This document shows positions 1 to 14,283 of a stretch of 64,000 nucleotides of DNA, piece by piece. The stretch is from Raoultella sp. (lineage in GTDB: Bacteria; Pseudomonadota; Gammaproteobacteria; Enterobacterales; Enterobacteriaceae). The DNA lies in the NCBI GenBank assembly GCA_039594335.1, contig JBCNNS010000007.1. One strand, written 5' to 3'. The notes beneath the pieces were generated by a model, which saw nothing but the letters and a program-made list of their open reading frames with translations, searched no databases and had not been told where the DNA came from. Within the stretch, counting starts at the first letter, position 1. Each line of letters begins with the position of its first letter. The position numbers were made by a program, and so were the translations under genes.

Positions 1-105
1 CTGCCGCTGCTGGAGTATTTCAGCGCACGCCAGATCAGCGACCTGACCTTCGCCATCAGCCTGATGAACGCGTTTAACCGCCTTGCGGTCAGCATGCGCC
101 TGTAA
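1..105 (+). CDS. 3' end of an upstream gene (…LTFAISLMNAFNRLAVSMRL*), possibly carboxymuconolactone decarboxylase/AhpD-like
   Basis: Frame 1 is open from the window edge to TAA at 103-105. The family call comes only from recalled C-terminal motif similarity. Confidence 0.35.
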   Translation: MPLLEYFSARQISDLTFAISLMNAFNRLAVSMRL

Positions 106-125
106 TTTCAGGCGTACCCGTCCTG

Positions 126-156
126 CCCTCATGGCGTGCTTCCGTGAGGGTTTTCC
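126..156 (+). terminator. Rho-independent terminator-like hairpin
   Basis: CCCTCA…TGAGGG stem at 126-150, followed by TTTTCC. Confidence 0.5.
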
Positions 157-166
157 TTATCGAAAA

Positions 167-214
167 ACGCTATATATTGCGTGGTTGAACTTTTAGATAA
201 CTACATCTAGTATT
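167..214 (+). promoter_or_regulatory. Two NrdR-box-like palindromes upstream of nrdH
   Basis: ACGCTATATATTGCGT (167-182) and AACTACATCTAGTATT (199-214) are 16-mers with centres 32 bp apart, the typical NrdR box pair geometry. Confidence 0.55.
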
Positions 215-288
215 TCCTGAACAGTTAACCGATAGCGGACGTCGCACTTTTTTGCGCCGTTCTGTTATCTTAAATGGAAATACGAATC

Positions 289-531
289 ATGCGCATTACT
301 ATTTACACTAAAAATGACTGCGTCCAGTGCCATGCCACTAAGCGGGCCATGGAAAGCCGCGGATTTGCCTTCGAGATGGTGAATGTTGAGCATCATCCGG
401 ATGCCGCTGACATGCTGCGCGAACAGGGCTTTCGTCAGCTGCCGGTCGTGATAGCCGGTGAAACCCGCTGGTCCGGTTTTCGCCCGGATATGATTAACCG
501 CCTGCGCCCCGAACCGGTGGCCAACGCATGA
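289..531 (+). CDS. nrdH: Glutaredoxin-like protein NrdH
   Basis: [20 protein letters not shown]… is near-identical to E. coli NrdH. Start trimmed from the ORF-track 274 to the conserved ATG at 289. Confidence 0.95.
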   Translation: MRITIYTKNDCVQCHATKRAMESRGFAFEMVNVEHHPDAADMLREQGFRQLPVVIAGETRWSGFRPDMINRLRPEPVANA

Positions 532-910
532 GCCTGATCGTCTACTTCTCCAGCAGTTCCGAAAATACGCATCGGTTCGTCCAGCGTCTGGGGCTGCCCG
601 CGGTGCGCATTCCGCTTAACGAGCGGGAACGCATCCAGGTAGACGCCCCCTACATTCTCATTGTCCCCAGCTACGGCGGCGGCGGCACGGCTGGCGCGGT
701 GCCCCGGCAGGCGATCCGCTTTTTAAACGACCCGCATAACCGCCAGCGGATACGCGGCGTGATTGCTGCCGGTAACCGTAACTTCGGCGACGCCTATGGC
801 CGGGCCGGCGACGTCATCGCGCAAAAGTGCGGCGTACCGTATCTGTATCGCTTTGAGCTGATGGGCACCCCAACCGATGTCGATAACGTGCGTAAAGGAG
901 TAAGCGAATT

Positions 911-938
<28 letters not shown>
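528..938 (+). CDS. nrdI: Class Ib ribonucleotide reductase flavodoxin NrdI
   Basis: 136 aa colinear with E. coli NrdI (…YFSSSSENT…[15 protein letters not shown]…). ATGA overlap with nrdH. Confidence 0.95.
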
Positions 939-4028
<3,090 letters not shown>

Positions 4029-4038
4029 TCCTTACTTT

Positions 4039-4069
4039 CACCAGGAAAATATTGCCCGATTTCCTGGTG
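4039..4069 (+). terminator. Hairpin after nrdF
   Basis: CACCAGGAAA…TTTCCTGGTG 10-bp inverted repeat lies directly after the nrdF stop. Confidence 0.5.
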
Positions 4070-4288
4070 ATCTATTTCACACTATTAACTTTCATCACAC
4101 AAAAAAGACCACACGATATTTCGCAGATATTTTGCTGGAATATTCAGCAAGAATCGTGCGACTCACCAATTATTTCCCTGTCATCTGTAAAAAATATTAC
4201 CAGTTGAGAATCAACGCTCAGCCCTTCTATCATGGGGAATACGCCGAACCTCTCCCCACTCATTTCGCTGCCGATGGCACATTGAGGG

Positions 4289-4316
4289 TTGTCACAGAAT
4301 CTGAGTATGTTAGGGT
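4289..4316 (+). promoter_or_regulatory. proU sigma-70 promoter candidate
   Basis: TTGTCA (4289-4294), 16 bp spacer, TAGGGT (4311-4316), about 70 bp upstream of proV. The first ~100 bp of proV are AT-rich, consistent with the known H-NS downstream regulatory element. Confidence 0.5.
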
Positions 4317-4385
4317 GTAAAAAGGTCATTATCTCCACCAGGTACCATATTGACATAATACAAATAACAGGAAACTCTCTATTGC

Positions 4386-5588
4386 ATGGCAATTAAATTA
4401 GAAATTAAGAATCTCTATAAGATATTTGGCGAGCATCCGCAGCGAGCGTTCAAATATATTGAAAAAGGATTTACCAAAGAACAACTACTGGAAAAAACGG
4501 GACTTTCGCTTGGCGTAAAAGACGCCAGTCTGACCATTGAAGAAGGCGAGATATTCGTCATCATGGGGCTATCCGGCTCAGGAAAATCCACCATGGTTCG
4601 CCTTCTCAATCGCCTGATTGAACCCACCCGCGGACAGGTACTGATCGATGGCGTCGATATCGCCAAAATCTCAGAAGCCGAGTTGCGTGAGGTGCGCAGA
4701 AAAAAGATCGCTATGGTATTTCAGTCATTTGCGCTGATGCCGCATATGACCGTGCTCGACAATGCCGCTTTTGGTATGGAGCTGGCGGGCATGTCGACCC
4801 AGCAGCGCCAGCAGAAAGCGCTGGAGGCGCTGCGTCAGGTCGGCCTGGAGAATTACGCGCATGCTTACCCGGATGAACTCTCCGGCGGAATGCGGCAGCG
4901 TGTCGGCCTCGCCCGCGCGTTGGCCATCAACCCTGATATCTTATTAATGGATGAAGCCTTCTCAGCCCTTGACCCATTAATTCGCACCGAAATGCAGGAC
5001 GAGCTGACAAAATTACAGGCGAAACATCAGCGTACCGTGGTCTTTATTTCCCACGATCTTGATGAAGCCATGCGCATTGGCGATCGGATTGCCATCATGC
5101 AGAATGGCGAAGTGATTCAGGTCGGTACCCCGGATGAAATACTGAATAATCCGGCCAATGATTATGTCAAAACCTTCTTCCGCGGTGTTGATATTAGCCA
5201 GGTCTTCAGCGCTAAAGATATTGCCCGTCGAAGCCCGGTTGGTTTAATTCGTAAAACGCCAGGTTTCGGCCCACGTTCGGCATTGAAATTATTGCAGGAC
5301 GAAGACCGTGAATATGGTTATGTGATTGAACGTGGTAATAAGTTTGTCGGTATTGTCTCTATTGATTCACTGAAATCCGCCTTGAGCGAAGGTCAGGGAA
5401 TTGATGCGGCGTTACTCGCATCCCCGCAGGCGGTAGATGCCCAAACGTCGCTCAGCGACCTGCTCTCCCACGTCGGCCAGGCACCGTGCTCGGTCCCGGT
5501 TGTGGATGAAGGGCACCAGTATATCGGCATTATTTCTAAAGGAATGCTGCTGAAGGCTTTAGATCGCGAGGGGGCAAACAATGGCTGA
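4386..5588 (+). CDS. proV: Glycine betaine/proline ABC transporter ATPase
   Basis: 400 aa with Walker [10 protein letters not shown] and C-terminal CBS domains, colinear with E. coli ProV. Confidence 0.97.
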   Translation: MAIKLEIKNLYKIFGEHPQRAFKYIEKGFTKEQLLEKTGLSLGVKDASLTIEEGEIFVIMGLSGSGKSTMVRLLNRLIEPTRGQVLIDGVDIAKISEAELREVRRKKIAMVFQSFALMPHMTVLDNAAFGMELAGMSTQQRQQKALEALRQVGLENYAHAYPDELSGGMRQRVGLARALAINPDILLMDEAFSALDPLIRTEMQDELTKLQAKHQRTVVFISHDLDEAMRIGDRIAIMQNGEVIQVGTPDEILNNPANDYVKTFFRGVDISQVFSAKDIARRSPVGLIRKTPGFGPRSALKLLQDEDREYGYVIERGNKFVGIVSIDSLKSALSEGQGIDAALLASPQAVDAQTSLSDLLSHVGQAPCSVPVVDEGHQYIGIISKGMLLKALDREGANNG

Positions 5589-6645
5589 TCAATCTAACCC
5601 GTGGGATACCGCGCCGGCGGCGGATAGCGCCGCACAATCTGCCGATGCCTGGGGCTCCCCGGCCTCGGCGCCGACCCATGGCGGCGGTGCAGACTGGTTA
5701 AACAGCGCGCCGGCGCCGCAACCAGAACATTTCAACATCCTGGATCCGTTCCACAAAACGCTGATCCCACTCGACAGTTGGGTGACGCACGGTATCGACT
5801 GGATCGTGGTTCACTTCCGCCCACTGTTCCAGGGGATCCGCGTACCGGTGGACTATATCCTCAGCGCCTTCCAGCAACTGCTACTCGGTATGCCGGCGCC
5901 GGTGGCCATTGTGCTGTTCGCGCTTATTGCCTGGCAAATCTCCAGCGTGGGAATGGGCGCAGCAACGCTGATCTCTCTGGTTGCGATCGGCGCCATCGGC
6001 GCCTGGTCGCAGGCGATGGTGACCCTCGCACTGGTCCTGACCGCACTGCTGTTCTGTATGCTGATCGGCCTGCCGCTGGGGATCTGGCTGGCACGTAGCC
6101 CACGGGCGGCGAAAATTATCCGCCCGCTGCTGGATGCCATGCAGACAACGCCGGCGTTTGTTTACCTGGTACCGATTGTCATGCTGTTCGGTATTGGTAA
6201 CGTTCCAGGCGTGGTGGTGACCATTATCTTCGCCCTGCCGCCTATCGTCCGTTTGACCATCCTCGGCATTAACCAGGTGCCCGCGGACCTGATTGAGGCT
6301 TCGCGTTCGTTCGGTGCCAGCCCGCGTCAGTTGCTCTTTAAGGTGCAGCTCCCGCTGGCGATGCCGACCATCATGGCCGGGGTTAACCAGACGCTGATGC
6401 TGGCGCTGTCGATGGTGGTGATCGCCTCAATGATCGCCGTGGGCGGCCTGGGGCAGATGGTACTACGCGGGATCGGCCGCCTCGATATGGGGCTGGCGAG
6501 CGTCGGCGGCGTCGGGATCGTCATTCTGGCGATTATTCTCGACCGCCTGACCCAGGCCGTCGGCCGCGATTCCCGCAGCCGCGGCAACCGTCGCTGGTAC
6601 GCAACCGGTCCTCTGGGGCTGATTACCCGCCCGTTCTGTAAATAG
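5581..6645 (+). CDS. proW: Glycine betaine/proline ABC transporter permease
   Basis: 354 aa polytopic permease overlapping the proV stop, in proU synteny. Confidence 0.95.
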   Translation: MADQSNPWDTAPAADSAAQSADAWGSPASAPTHGGGADWLNSAPAPQPEHFNILDPFHKTLIPLDSWVTHGIDWIVVHFRPLFQGIRVPVDYILSAFQQLLLGMPAPVAIVLFALIAWQISSVGMGAATLISLVAIGAIGAWSQAMVTLALVLTALLFCMLIGLPLGIWLARSPRAAKIIRPLLDAMQTTPAFVYLVPIVMLFGIGNVPGVVVTIIFALPPIVRLTILGINQVPADLIEASRSFGASPRQLLFKVQLPLAMPTIMAGVNQTLMLALSMVVIASMIAVGGLGQMVLRGIGRLDMGLASVGGVGIVILAIILDRLTQAVGRDSRSRGNRRWYATGPLGLITRPFCK

Positions 6646-6716
6646 TCTTCTCATCGCCCGGCGGCACTGCACCTGCCGGGCCCGCAGCTCTCCCTTCTCA
6701 TTCATAAGGAATAACG

Positions 6717-7715
6717 ATGCGACATAACACGATTATTGCCACAACGTTTGCCACTCTGCTCGCCACCAGCGCTGCCTGGGCAGCCGACCTACCGGGAAAA
6801 GGCATTACCGTCAAACCGATTCAAAGCACCATTACGGAAGAGACCTTCCAGACCCTGCTGGTGAGCCGCGCGCTGGAAAAACTGGGCTACACCGTCGATA
6901 AGCCCAGCGAAGTGGACTACAACGTTGGCTATACCTCGCTTGCCTCCGGCGACGCGACCTTCACCGCCGTCAACTGGCAGCCGCTGCATGACGATATGTA
7001 CGCTGCCGCCGGCGGTGACAAAAGCTTCTATCGCGAAGGCGTTTTTGTTAACGGCGCGGCACAGGGCTACCTGATTGACAAAAAAACCGCCGAACAGTAT
7101 CACATCAAATCCATCGATCAGCTGAAAGACCCGAAAATTGCCAAACTGTTCGACACCAACGGCGACGGTAAAGCCGATCTGACCGGTTGTACGCCGGGCT
7201 GGGGCTGCGAAGCGGTCATTAATCATCAGATTGATGCCTATGGTCTGAGCAAAACGGTGGTGCACAACCAGGGGAATTATGCGGCGATGATGGCCGATAC
7301 CATTGCCCGCTTTAAAGAAGGTAAGCCGGTTATCTACTACACATGGACGCCGTACTGGGTCAGCGACGTGCTGAAGCCGGGCAAAGATGTCGTCTGGCTG
7401 CAGGTTCCGTTCTCCTCCCTGCCGGGCGTGCAGAAAAATATCGATACCAAACTGGCTAACGGCGCGAACTATGGCTTCCCGGTAAGCACGATGCACATCG
7501 TGGCCAACAAAGCCTGGGCAGAGAAAAACCCGGCGGCGGCAAAACTGTTTAGCATCATGAAACTACCGATTGCCGACATTAACGCTGAAAACGCCATGAT
7601 GCATGAAGGTCACGCTTCGGAAGCGGATATTCAGGGTCACGTAGATGGCTGGATCAAAGCCCACCAGCAGCAGTTTGACGGCTGGGTGAAAGAAGCGCTG
7701 GCCGCGCAGAAGTAA
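6717..7715 (+). CDS. proX: Glycine betaine-binding periplasmic protein
   Basis: 332 aa with a signal peptide (…[10 protein letters not shown]), in proU synteny. Confidence 0.95.
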   Translation: MRHNTIIATTFATLLATSAAWAADLPGKGITVKPIQSTITEETFQTLLVSRALEKLGYTVDKPSEVDYNVGYTSLASGDATFTAVNWQPLHDDMYAAAGGDKSFYREGVFVNGAAQGYLIDKKTAEQYHIKSIDQLKDPKIAKLFDTNGDGKADLTGCTPGWGCEAVINHQIDAYGLSKTVVHNQGNYAAMMADTIARFKEGKPVIYYTWTPYWVSDVLKPGKDVVWLQVPFSSLPGVQKNIDTKLANGANYGFPVSTMHIVANKAWAEKNPAAAKLFSIMKLPIADINAENAMMHEGHASEADIQGHVDGWIKAHQQQFDGWVKEALAAQK

Positions 7716-7770
7716 CTTTCCCTTAACCCCGGCCAGTAGCGCTATCTAGGGCTCCGATAGTGCCACTTTA

Positions 7771-7795
7771 TTGCCCCGGCGCATTGCCGGGGCAA
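7771..7795 (+). terminator. Hairpin after proX
   Basis: TTGCCCCGGC-GCAT-TGCCGGGGCAA followed by TTTGC. Confidence 0.5.
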
Positions 7796-7923
7796 TTTGC
7801 AGACGGTCCCGTTCCCCGGCCAGCACCGCTTAACAAGGTGTCAAAGCGCCCCGCTCTCTGCTAAGGTAACCTCACCTGTTCAATCATGTGATATTCACGT
7901 GAGTTATCAATAAATAACACTCT

Positions 7924-8652
7924 ATGGAAAAACCCGCCCCTGCCAGAGAGGCCACGCTGTCTGAAGGGATTAAAGACAGTCTGCCGATTGTGATTAGCTA
8001 TATTCCTGTGGCCTTCGCCTTTGGCCTGAACGCCACCCGACTCGGCTTTACCCCGCTGGAAAGCCTGTTCTTTTCCTGCATCATCTATGCCGGCGCCAGC
8101 CAGTTCGTGATCACTGCGATGCTCGCCGCAGGCAGTTCGCTGTGGGTGGCGGCCCTCACCGTGATGGCGATGGATGTACGTCACGTTCTGTACGGCCCTT
8201 CGCTACGTAGCCGCCTTCATCGCGCGCTGGATAAACGAAAAACCGCGCTCTGGGCTTTTGGCCTGACCGACGAAGTTTTCGCAGCGGCCACCGCAAAACT
8301 GGTGCGCGACAACCGCCGCTGGAGCGAAAACTGGATGCTCGGCATCGCCTTCACTTCCTGGCTATCATGGGTATTCGGCACGCTGATCGGCGCCTACTCC
8401 GGTAGCGGCCTGCTGGTCGGTTTTCCGGCAGTGGAGGCCGCGCTGAGCTTTATGTTGCCCGCGCTATTTATGAGCTTCTTACTGGCCTCGTTCCAGCGTA
8501 AACAATCTCTCAGCGTGATGGCCGCCCTGGCGGGTGCACTGGGCGGCATGATTCTGTTCTCAATTCCGGCGGCGATCCTTGCCGGGATTGTCTGCGGTTG
8601 TCTGACCGCGCTGATTCAGGCCAGCATTCAGGGGATGCCCGATGAACAATAA
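7924..8652 (+). CDS. ygaZ: AzlC-family branched-chain amino acid (L-valine) exporter subunit
   Basis: 242 aa membrane protein in the position and with the length of E. coli YgaZ. Confidence 0.85.
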   Translation: MEKPAPAREATLSEGIKDSLPIVISYIPVAFAFGLNATRLGFTPLESLFFSCIIYAGASQFVITAMLAAGSSLWVAALTVMAMDVRHVLYGPSLRSRLHRALDKRKTALWAFGLTDEVFAAATAKLVRDNRRWSENWMLGIAFTSWLSWVFGTLIGAYSGSGLLVGFPAVEAALSFMLPALFMSFLLASFQRKQSLSVMAALAGALGGMILFSIPAAILAGIVCGCLTALIQASIQGMPDEQ

Positions 8653-8983
8653 CGTGCTGATTATCGGGATGGTGGTCGGCTGTGTGAACTATCTGTTTCG
8701 CTATCTGCCGCTGCGCCTGCGCGCAGGTCACGCCCGTACCGGTCGTCGCGGTCCGCTGAGCGTGCTGATCGATACCATCGGTATCGCCTCCATCTGCGCC
8801 CTGCTGATCGTCTCCAGCGTGCCGGAAATCCTCGGTGACTCCCGGCGACTTCTCCCTACGCTGGTTGGATTCGCGGTGCTCGGCCTGGCGTTCTGGAAGA
8901 CACGCAGCATTATTATGCCTACGCTGCTGAGCGCGCTGGCCTATGGAGTCGCATGGAAAATCACGACTTTTTTATACTTTTAA
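8642..8983 (+). CDS. ygaH: AzlD-family L-valine exporter small subunit
   Basis: 113 aa hydrophobic protein overlapping the ygaZ end, in synteny. Confidence 0.85.
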   Translation: MNNNVLIIGMVVGCVNYLFRYLPLRLRAGHARTGRRGPLSVLIDTIGIASICALLIVSSVPEILGDSRRLLPTLVGFAVLGLAFWKTRSIIMPTLLSALAYGVAWKITTFLYF

Positions 8984-9067
8984 AGTATCAATTTTAGTCA
9001 ATAATTGATTTGCTTTATTTGTCACAATAGTTATTATATCGACTGAAATTAATGAGGTCATACCCAA

Positions 9068-9598
9068 ATGGATAGTTCGTTTACTCCCATTGAGCAAATG
9101 CTCAAATTCCGCGCCAGCCGTCACGAAGATTTCCCTTTCCAGGAGATTCTGCTCACCCGTCTGTGTATGCACATGCAAGGTAAGCTACTGGAAAACCGCA
9201 ATAAGATGCTGAAAGCGCAGGGGATTAACGAGACATTATTTATGGCGCTGATCACCCTGGAGTCTCAGGAAAACCACAGCATTCAGCCTTCCGAGCTGAG
9301 CTGCGCGTTGGGATCATCCCGGACCAACGCCACCCGTATTGCCGATGAACTGGAAAAACGCGGCTGGATTGAGCGTCGCGAAAGCGACAACGATCGTCGC
9401 TGCCTGCATCTGCAACTGACCGACAAAGGTCATCAGTTTTTGCGCGAAGTGTTACCTCCGCAGCACAACTGCCTGCATCAGCTTTGGTCTTCTCTGAGCG
9501 CCAGCGAGAAAGACCAGCTCGAGCACATCACCCGCAAACTGCTTAGCCGCCTTGACCAGATGGAAGAGGACGGCGTACTGGCGGAGTCGCTGCGCTAA
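9068..9598 (+). CDS. mprA: MarR-family repressor MprA/EmrR
   Basis: 176 aa, [23 protein letters not shown]… near-identical to E. coli MprA. Confidence 0.96.
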   Translation: MDSSFTPIEQMLKFRASRHEDFPFQEILLTRLCMHMQGKLLENRNKMLKAQGINETLFMALITLESQENHSIQPSELSCALGSSRTNATRIADELEKRGWIERRESDNDRRCLHLQLTDKGHQFLREVLPPQHNCLHQLWSSLSASEKDQLEHITRKLLSRLDQMEEDGVLAESLR

Positions 9599-9646
9599 GC
9601 GCGGGAACCCTCCAAACGTGTTCTGGATTGACAAGGAAAAACAGAC

Positions 9647-9671
9647 AGGCCAGCAGATCTTTTGCTGGCCT
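9647..9671 (+). terminator. Intercistronic hairpin between mprA and emrA (attenuator or terminator-like)
   Basis: AGGCCAGCA-GATCTT-TTGCTGGCCT followed by TTCTGAT. Confidence 0.4.
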
Positions 9672-9727
9672 TTCTGATAAACAGGTCGGCTCAGCCGATG
9701 TGAAATAATAAGATCGTGGAGAATAAC

Positions 9728-10900
9728 ATGAGCGCAAATGCGGAGAGCCAAACCCCGCAGCAACCGGACAGCAAGAAGGGCAAACGCAAAGGTGCCCTTC
9801 TGCTACTGACATTGCTCTTTATTATTATTGCCGTGGCATACGGAATTTATTGGTTTTTGGTACTGCGTCATTATGAAGAAACCGATGACGCTTACGTGGC
9901 AGGGAACCAGGTGCAAATCATGGCGCAGGTGTCCGGTAGCGTGACGAAAGTCTGGGCCGACAACACCGATTTCGTGCGGCAGGGCGATCCGCTGGTCACC
10001 CTTGACCAGACCGATGCCCAGCAGGCATTTGAAAAGGCAAAAACCCAACTGGCCACCAGCGTTCGTCAGACGCGCCAGCAAATGATCAACAGCAAACAGC
10101 TGCAGGCGAATATCGACGTCAAGAAAACCGCGCTCTCTCAGGCCCAGACCGACCTCAACCGTCGTATCCCGCTGGGCGCCGCCAACCTGATTGGCCGCGA
10201 AGAGTTGCAGCACGCTCGTGATACCGTCGCCAGCGCCCAGGCCGAACTGGATGTCGCCATTCAGCAATTCAATGCCAATCAGGCTATCGTGCTGAATACC
10301 AGCCTGGAGCAACAGCCAGCGGTTCTGCAGGCGGCGACGGATGTCCGTAACGCCTGGCTTGCGCTGCAGCGTACACAAATCGTCAGCCCGATTAGCGGCT
10401 ACGTTTCCCGTCGTGCCGTGCAGCCCGGCGCTCAGATTAGCCCCACCACGCCGCTGATGGCAGTGGTACCGGCCACCAATCTGTGGATCGACGCCAACTT
10501 TAAAGAGACCCAGCTGGCGCATATGCGCATCGGCCAGGAAGCCACCGTGATCAGTGATATTTACGGCGATGATGTGAAGTACACTGGCAAGGTCGTGGGG
10601 CTGGATATGGGGACCGGCAGCGCGTTCTCACTGCTGCCGGCGCAAAACGCCACCGGTAACTGGATCAAAGTGGTCCAGCGTCTGCCGGTACGTATTGAGC
10701 TCGATGCCAAACAGCTGGCTGAACATCCGCTGCGCATTGGTCTTTCAACACTGGTTGAGGTCAACACCACTAACCGCGATGGCGAGATGCTGGCTAATCA
10801 GACGCGCAAATCCCCGGTTTATGAAAGCAATGCCCGTGAAATCGCCCTTGAGCCGGTGAACAAACTGATCGACGGTATCATCCAGGCTAACGCGGGATAA
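9728..10900 (+). CDS. emrA: Multidrug efflux membrane fusion protein EmrA
   Basis: MSANAESQTPQQP… is colinear with E. coli EmrA. ATG at 9728 is preceded by GGAG. The ORF-track start at 9716 is an upstream GTG. Confidence 0.95.
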   Translation: MSANAESQTPQQPDSKKGKRKGALLLLTLLFIIIAVAYGIYWFLVLRHYEETDDAYVAGNQVQIMAQVSGSVTKVWADNTDFVRQGDPLVTLDQTDAQQAFEKAKTQLATSVRQTRQQMINSKQLQANIDVKKTALSQAQTDLNRRIPLGAANLIGREELQHARDTVASAQAELDVAIQQFNANQAIVLNTSLEQQPAVLQAATDVRNAWLALQRTQIVSPISGYVSRRAVQPGAQISPTTPLMAVVPATNLWIDANFKETQLAHMRIGQEATVISDIYGDDVKYTGKVVGLDMGTGSAFSLLPAQNATGNWIKVVQRLPVRIELDAKQLAEHPLRIGLSTLVEVNTTNRDGEMLANQTRKSPVYESNAREIALEPVNKLIDGIIQANAG

Positions 10901-10915
10901 TTCGGAGTGAGCGTA

Positions 10916-12460
10916 ATGCAACAGCAAAAACCGCTGGAAGGCGCGCAGTTGGTTATCATGACCATTGCGCTGTCGCTTGCGACCTTCATGCAGGTGCTGG
11001 ACTCCACTATCGCCAACGTGGCCATTCCGACCATTGCCGGTAACCTTGGCTCATCATTGAGCCAGGGGACCTGGGTTATCACCTCATTCGGGGTGGCGAA
11101 TGCCATCTCTATACCGATCACCGGCTGGCTGGCAAAACGCGTCGGGGAAGTGAAATTGTTCCTGTGGTCGACGGTGATGTTTGCCATCGCCTCCTGGGCC
11201 TGCGGGATGTCCAACAGCCTGACGATGCTGATTTTCTTCCGCGTGATTCAGGGGATCGTCGCCGGTCCGTTGATTCCGCTGTCGCAAAGTCTGCTGCTCA
11301 GCAACTATCCGCCGGCAAAACGTTCTATCGCGCTGGCGCTGTGGTCGATGACGGTGATCGTCGCGCCGATTTGCGGCCCTATTCTCGGTGGCTATATCAG
11401 CGACAACTACCACTGGGGCTGGATCTTCTTCATCAACGTGCCGATTGGCGTTGCGGTCGTGGTGATGACGCTGCAAACCCTGCGCAACCGCGAAACCCGT
11501 ACCGAACAGCGGCGGATTGACGGCGTTGGCCTGGCGCTGCTGATCATCGGTATCGGCAGCCTGCAGGTGATGCTCGACCGGGGTAAAGAGCTGGACTGGT
11601 TCTCTTCAAACGAGATTATCATCCTGACCATTGTCGCGGTGGTGGCGATAAGCTTCCTGATCGTCTGGGAGCTAACCGACGACAACCCGATAGTCGACTT
11701 GTCGCTCTTTAAGTCGCGAAACTTCACCATCGGCTGCCTGTGTATCAGCCTCGCCTACATGCTCTACTTCGGCGCGATTGTGCTGTTGCCGCAGCTATTG
11801 CAGGAGGTATACGGCTATACCGCCACCTGGGCCGGTCTGGCCTCGGCGCCGGTCGGGGTGATCCCGGTGCTCCTGTCGCCGATTATCGGCCGCTTCGCCC
11901 ATAAGCTGGATATGCGTCGGCTGGTCACCTTCAGCTTTATTATGTACGCGGTCTGTTTCTACTGGCGCGCATGGACCTTCGAACCGGGCATGGACTTCGG
12001 CGCCTCAGCGTGGCCGCAGTTTATCCAGGGCTTCGCGGTGGCCTGCTTCTTTATGCCGCTGACCACCATCACCCTGTCCGGCCTGCCCCCGGAACGGCTA
12101 GCGGCGGCGTCAAGTCTGTCGAACTTCACCCGTACGCTCGCGGGCTCCATCGGCACCTCGATTACCACCACCATGTGGACGAACCGCGAGGCGCTGCACC
12201 ATGCTCAGCTTAGCGAGTCGGTGACGCCGTATAATCCCAACGCCCAGCAGATGTATGATCAGTTGCAAGGATTAGGAATGACGCAACAACAGGCGTCCGG
12301 CTGGATAGCGCAGCAGATAACTAACCAGGGGCTGATTATCTCCGCCAACGAAATTTTCTGGCTCTCGGCGGCGATATTTATCCTTCTGCTGGGGCTGGTG
12401 TGGTTTGCCAGACCGCCATTTAGCGCCGGCGGCGGTGGCGGTGGCGGTGGCGCGCACTAA
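10916..12460 (+). CDS. emrB: MFS multidrug efflux pump EmrB
   Basis: MQQQKPLEGAQLVIMTIALS… is colinear with E. coli EmrB. GGAG lies 8 nt before the ATG at 10916. The C-terminus has a poly-Gly run. Confidence 0.95.
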   Translation: MQQQKPLEGAQLVIMTIALSLATFMQVLDSTIANVAIPTIAGNLGSSLSQGTWVITSFGVANAISIPITGWLAKRVGEVKLFLWSTVMFAIASWACGMSNSLTMLIFFRVIQGIVAGPLIPLSQSLLLSNYPPAKRSIALALWSMTVIVAPICGPILGGYISDNYHWGWIFFINVPIGVAVVVMTLQTLRNRETRTEQRRIDGVGLALLIIGIGSLQVMLDRGKELDWFSSNEIIILTIVAVVAISFLIVWELTDDNPIVDLSLFKSRNFTIGCLCISLAYMLYFGAIVLLPQLLQEVYGYTATWAGLASAPVGVIPVLLSPIIGRFAHKLDMRRLVTFSFIMYAVCFYWRAWTFEPGMDFGASAWPQFIQGFAVACFFMPLTTITLSGLPPERLAAASSLSNFTRTLAGSIGTSITTTMWTNREALHHAQLSESVTPYNPNAQQMYDQLQGLGMTQQQASGWIAQQITNQGLIISANEIFWLSAAIFILLLGLVWFARPPFSAGGGGGGGGAH

Positions 12461-12471
12461 GATTTGACCTG

Positions 12472-12497
12472 AAGGGATCTGCGGATCCCTTTTTTAT
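12472..12497 (+). terminator. Rho-independent terminator after emrB
   Basis: AAGGGATC-TGCG-GATCCCTT followed by TTTTTATT. Confidence 0.7.
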
Positions 12498-12516
12498 TGC
12501 CGGCTTTACGCCAGCC

Positions 12517-12548
12517 TTGTCCAGTTCTCGCTAGTTTCTGTCCAGTTT
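12517..12548 (+). promoter_or_regulatory. Direct repeat TGTCCAGTT x2 with 21-bp phasing upstream of the leuA-like gene
   Basis: TTGTCCAGTTC (12517-12527) and CTGTCCAGTTT (12538-12548). The spacing equals two helical turns, as for AraC-type half-sites. The function is inferred. Confidence 0.3.
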
Positions 12549-12606
12549 GCTAAAGCAGACCGCTCTCCGCTTCGGCAGGATAAAGATCCGACACAAGGAG
12601 AGAACT

Positions 12607-14283
12607 ATGCTGACACATCCCGGTGAAAAATATCGTCCCTGGCCGCCCATTTCCCTGCCCGATCGCCGCTGGCCGGACAACCCGATAACCCACGCGCCAC
12701 GCTGGCTCTCCACTGACCTGCGCGATGGCAACCAGGCGCTGGCCGAACCGATGGACAGCGCACGTAAGCTGCAGTTCTGGGAACTGCTGCTGGAGTGCGG
12801 ATTTAAAGAGATTGAAGTCGCCTTCCCCTCGGCATCCCAGACCGACTTCACCTTCGTTCGCCAGCTGATTGAAGAACGGCGCATTCCAGAAGATGTCACC
12901 ATCCAGGTACTGACCCAGGCGCGGGAAGATCTTATCCTGCGGACCTTTGCATCGCTGCGCGGGGCTCATCGCGCCACCGTCCATCTGTACAACGCCACCG
13001 CTCCGCTGTTCCGCAAGCTGGTTTTCGGAATGGATAAAGCGCAGGTCATTGAGCTGGCAACCCGCGCCACTCGTCTGATTCGCCAGCAGTGTGAAGCGCA
13101 ACCGCAGACGCTCTGGCAGTATGAATACTCCCCGGAAACCTTCTGTTTTACCGAGCCAGAATTCGCGCTGGAGATATGCGAAGCGGTGGCGGACATCTGG
13201 CAACCCTGCACCGAACGGCCAATGATTATCAACCTGCCCGCGACGGTGGAAGTCAACACGCCTAACGTGTACGCAGACCAGATTGAGTATTTTTGCCGTC
13301 ACTTCTCGCGCCGCACCGATGTCTGCATCAGCGTTCATCCGCACAACGACCGGGGCACCGGCGTCGCCAGCGCCGAGCTGGCGGTGATGGCCGGCGCCGA
13401 CCGCGTAGAGGGCTGTCTGTTTGGTAACGGCGAGCGTACCGGTAACGTCTGTCTGGTCACCCTGGCCATGAACCTCTACAGTCAGGGGATTACGCCACGG
13501 CTCAGTTTCCCGGAGATGAAACGGGTGGTAGAAGTGGTGGAGAATTGCAATCAGCTGCCGGTTCATCCGCGTCACCCCTGGGCGGGAAGCCTGGCCTATA
13601 CCGCCTTTTCCGGCTCTCATCAGGATGCCATTAAGAAGGGATTCGATGCCCGTCGGCCCGGCGATCGTTGGGAGATGCCCTATCTGCCCGTCGACCCGCA
13701 GGACATCGGCTGTAGCTATGAAGCGGTGATCCGCGTCAACAGTCAGTCCGGTAAGAGTGGCAGCGCCTGGTTAATCGAACAGAATCACGGACTGAAACTG
13801 CCTCGCGCACTGCAGCAGGATTTCAGCCTGCACGTTCAGCAGGAAACCGATACGCATGGCAAAGAGATGACACAGAATGCGCTCTGGCAGTTGTTCCGTT
13901 CCCGCTACGGGCTGGTTGCTGAACCGCCGCTGACGCTACTGGAGTATCAAACAGACAGCCGGCAGGACGGCCAGCTTGCGTTACAGGGTACGCTGCGGGT
14001 CAACGGCGAGACGCGTCGCCTACAAGGTCATGGCAATGGCCTGCTCTCTGCGGCCGCCAGCGGCCTCAGCGCGCTGCTGAAGCATGCGTTCGTTATAAAG
14101 GACTACCACGAGCATACTCTCGGTGAACGCAGCGACAGCCGCTCAGTGGCCTATATCCGCTGTATTTTCCCCAATGGCGACAGCCGCTGGGGCGTCGGCA
14201 TCGATAATGACGTGGCGCGCGCCTCATTGCAGGCGCTGTGTCATGCGGTCGGTGCAGATGCTCATGCCGGTGGGCGGAAGTAA
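12607..14283 (+). CDS. 2-isopropylmalate synthase-like protein, long (LeuA type 2 / actinobacterial) form
   Basis: AAGGAG RBS before the ATG at 12607. The N-terminus PGEKYRPWPPISLPDRRWPDNPITHAPRWLSTDLRDGNQAL…EVAFPSASQTDFTFVR matches the long-form LeuA signature (M. tuberculosis type). There is an HPHNDRG catalytic motif and a C-terminal regulatory domain. Confidence 0.85.
   Translation: MLTHPGEKYRPWPPISLPDRRWPDNPITHAPRWLSTDLRDGNQALAEPMDSARKLQFWELLLECGFKEIEVAFPSASQTDFTFVRQLIEERRIPEDVTIQVLTQAREDLILRTFASLRGAHRATVHLYNATAPLFRKLVFGMDKAQVIELATRATRLIRQQCEAQPQTLWQYEYSPETFCFTEPEFALEICEAVADIWQPCTERPMIINLPATVEVNTPNVYADQIEYFCRHFSRRTDVCISVHPHNDRGTGVASAELAVMAGADRVEGCLFGNGERTGNVCLVTLAMNLYSQGITPRLSFPEMKRVVEVVENCNQLPVHPRHPWAGSLAYTAFSGSHQDAIKKGFDARRPGDRWEMPYLPVDPQDIGCSYEAVIRVNSQSGKSGSAWLIEQNHGLKLPRALQQDFSLHVQQETDTHGKEMTQNALWQLFRSRYGLVAEPPLTLLEYQTDSRQDGQLALQGTLRVNGETRRLQGHGNGLLSAAASGLSALLKHAFVIKDYHEHTLGERSDSRSVAYIRCIFPNGDSRWGVGIDNDVARASLQALCHAVGADAHAGGRK

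Noticed and set aside
12421-12457. (GGC/GGT)n codon repeat encoding the Gly8 tail of EmrB, considered as a possible phase-variation tract
   Set aside because: A trinucleotide repeat stays in frame. E. coli EmrB has a similar poly-Gly tail, so only harmless length polymorphism is expected.
12550-13620. 356-aa ORF on the minus strand
   Set aside because: It is antisense to the LeuA-like gene, has no motifs, and its composition is typical of a shadow frame.
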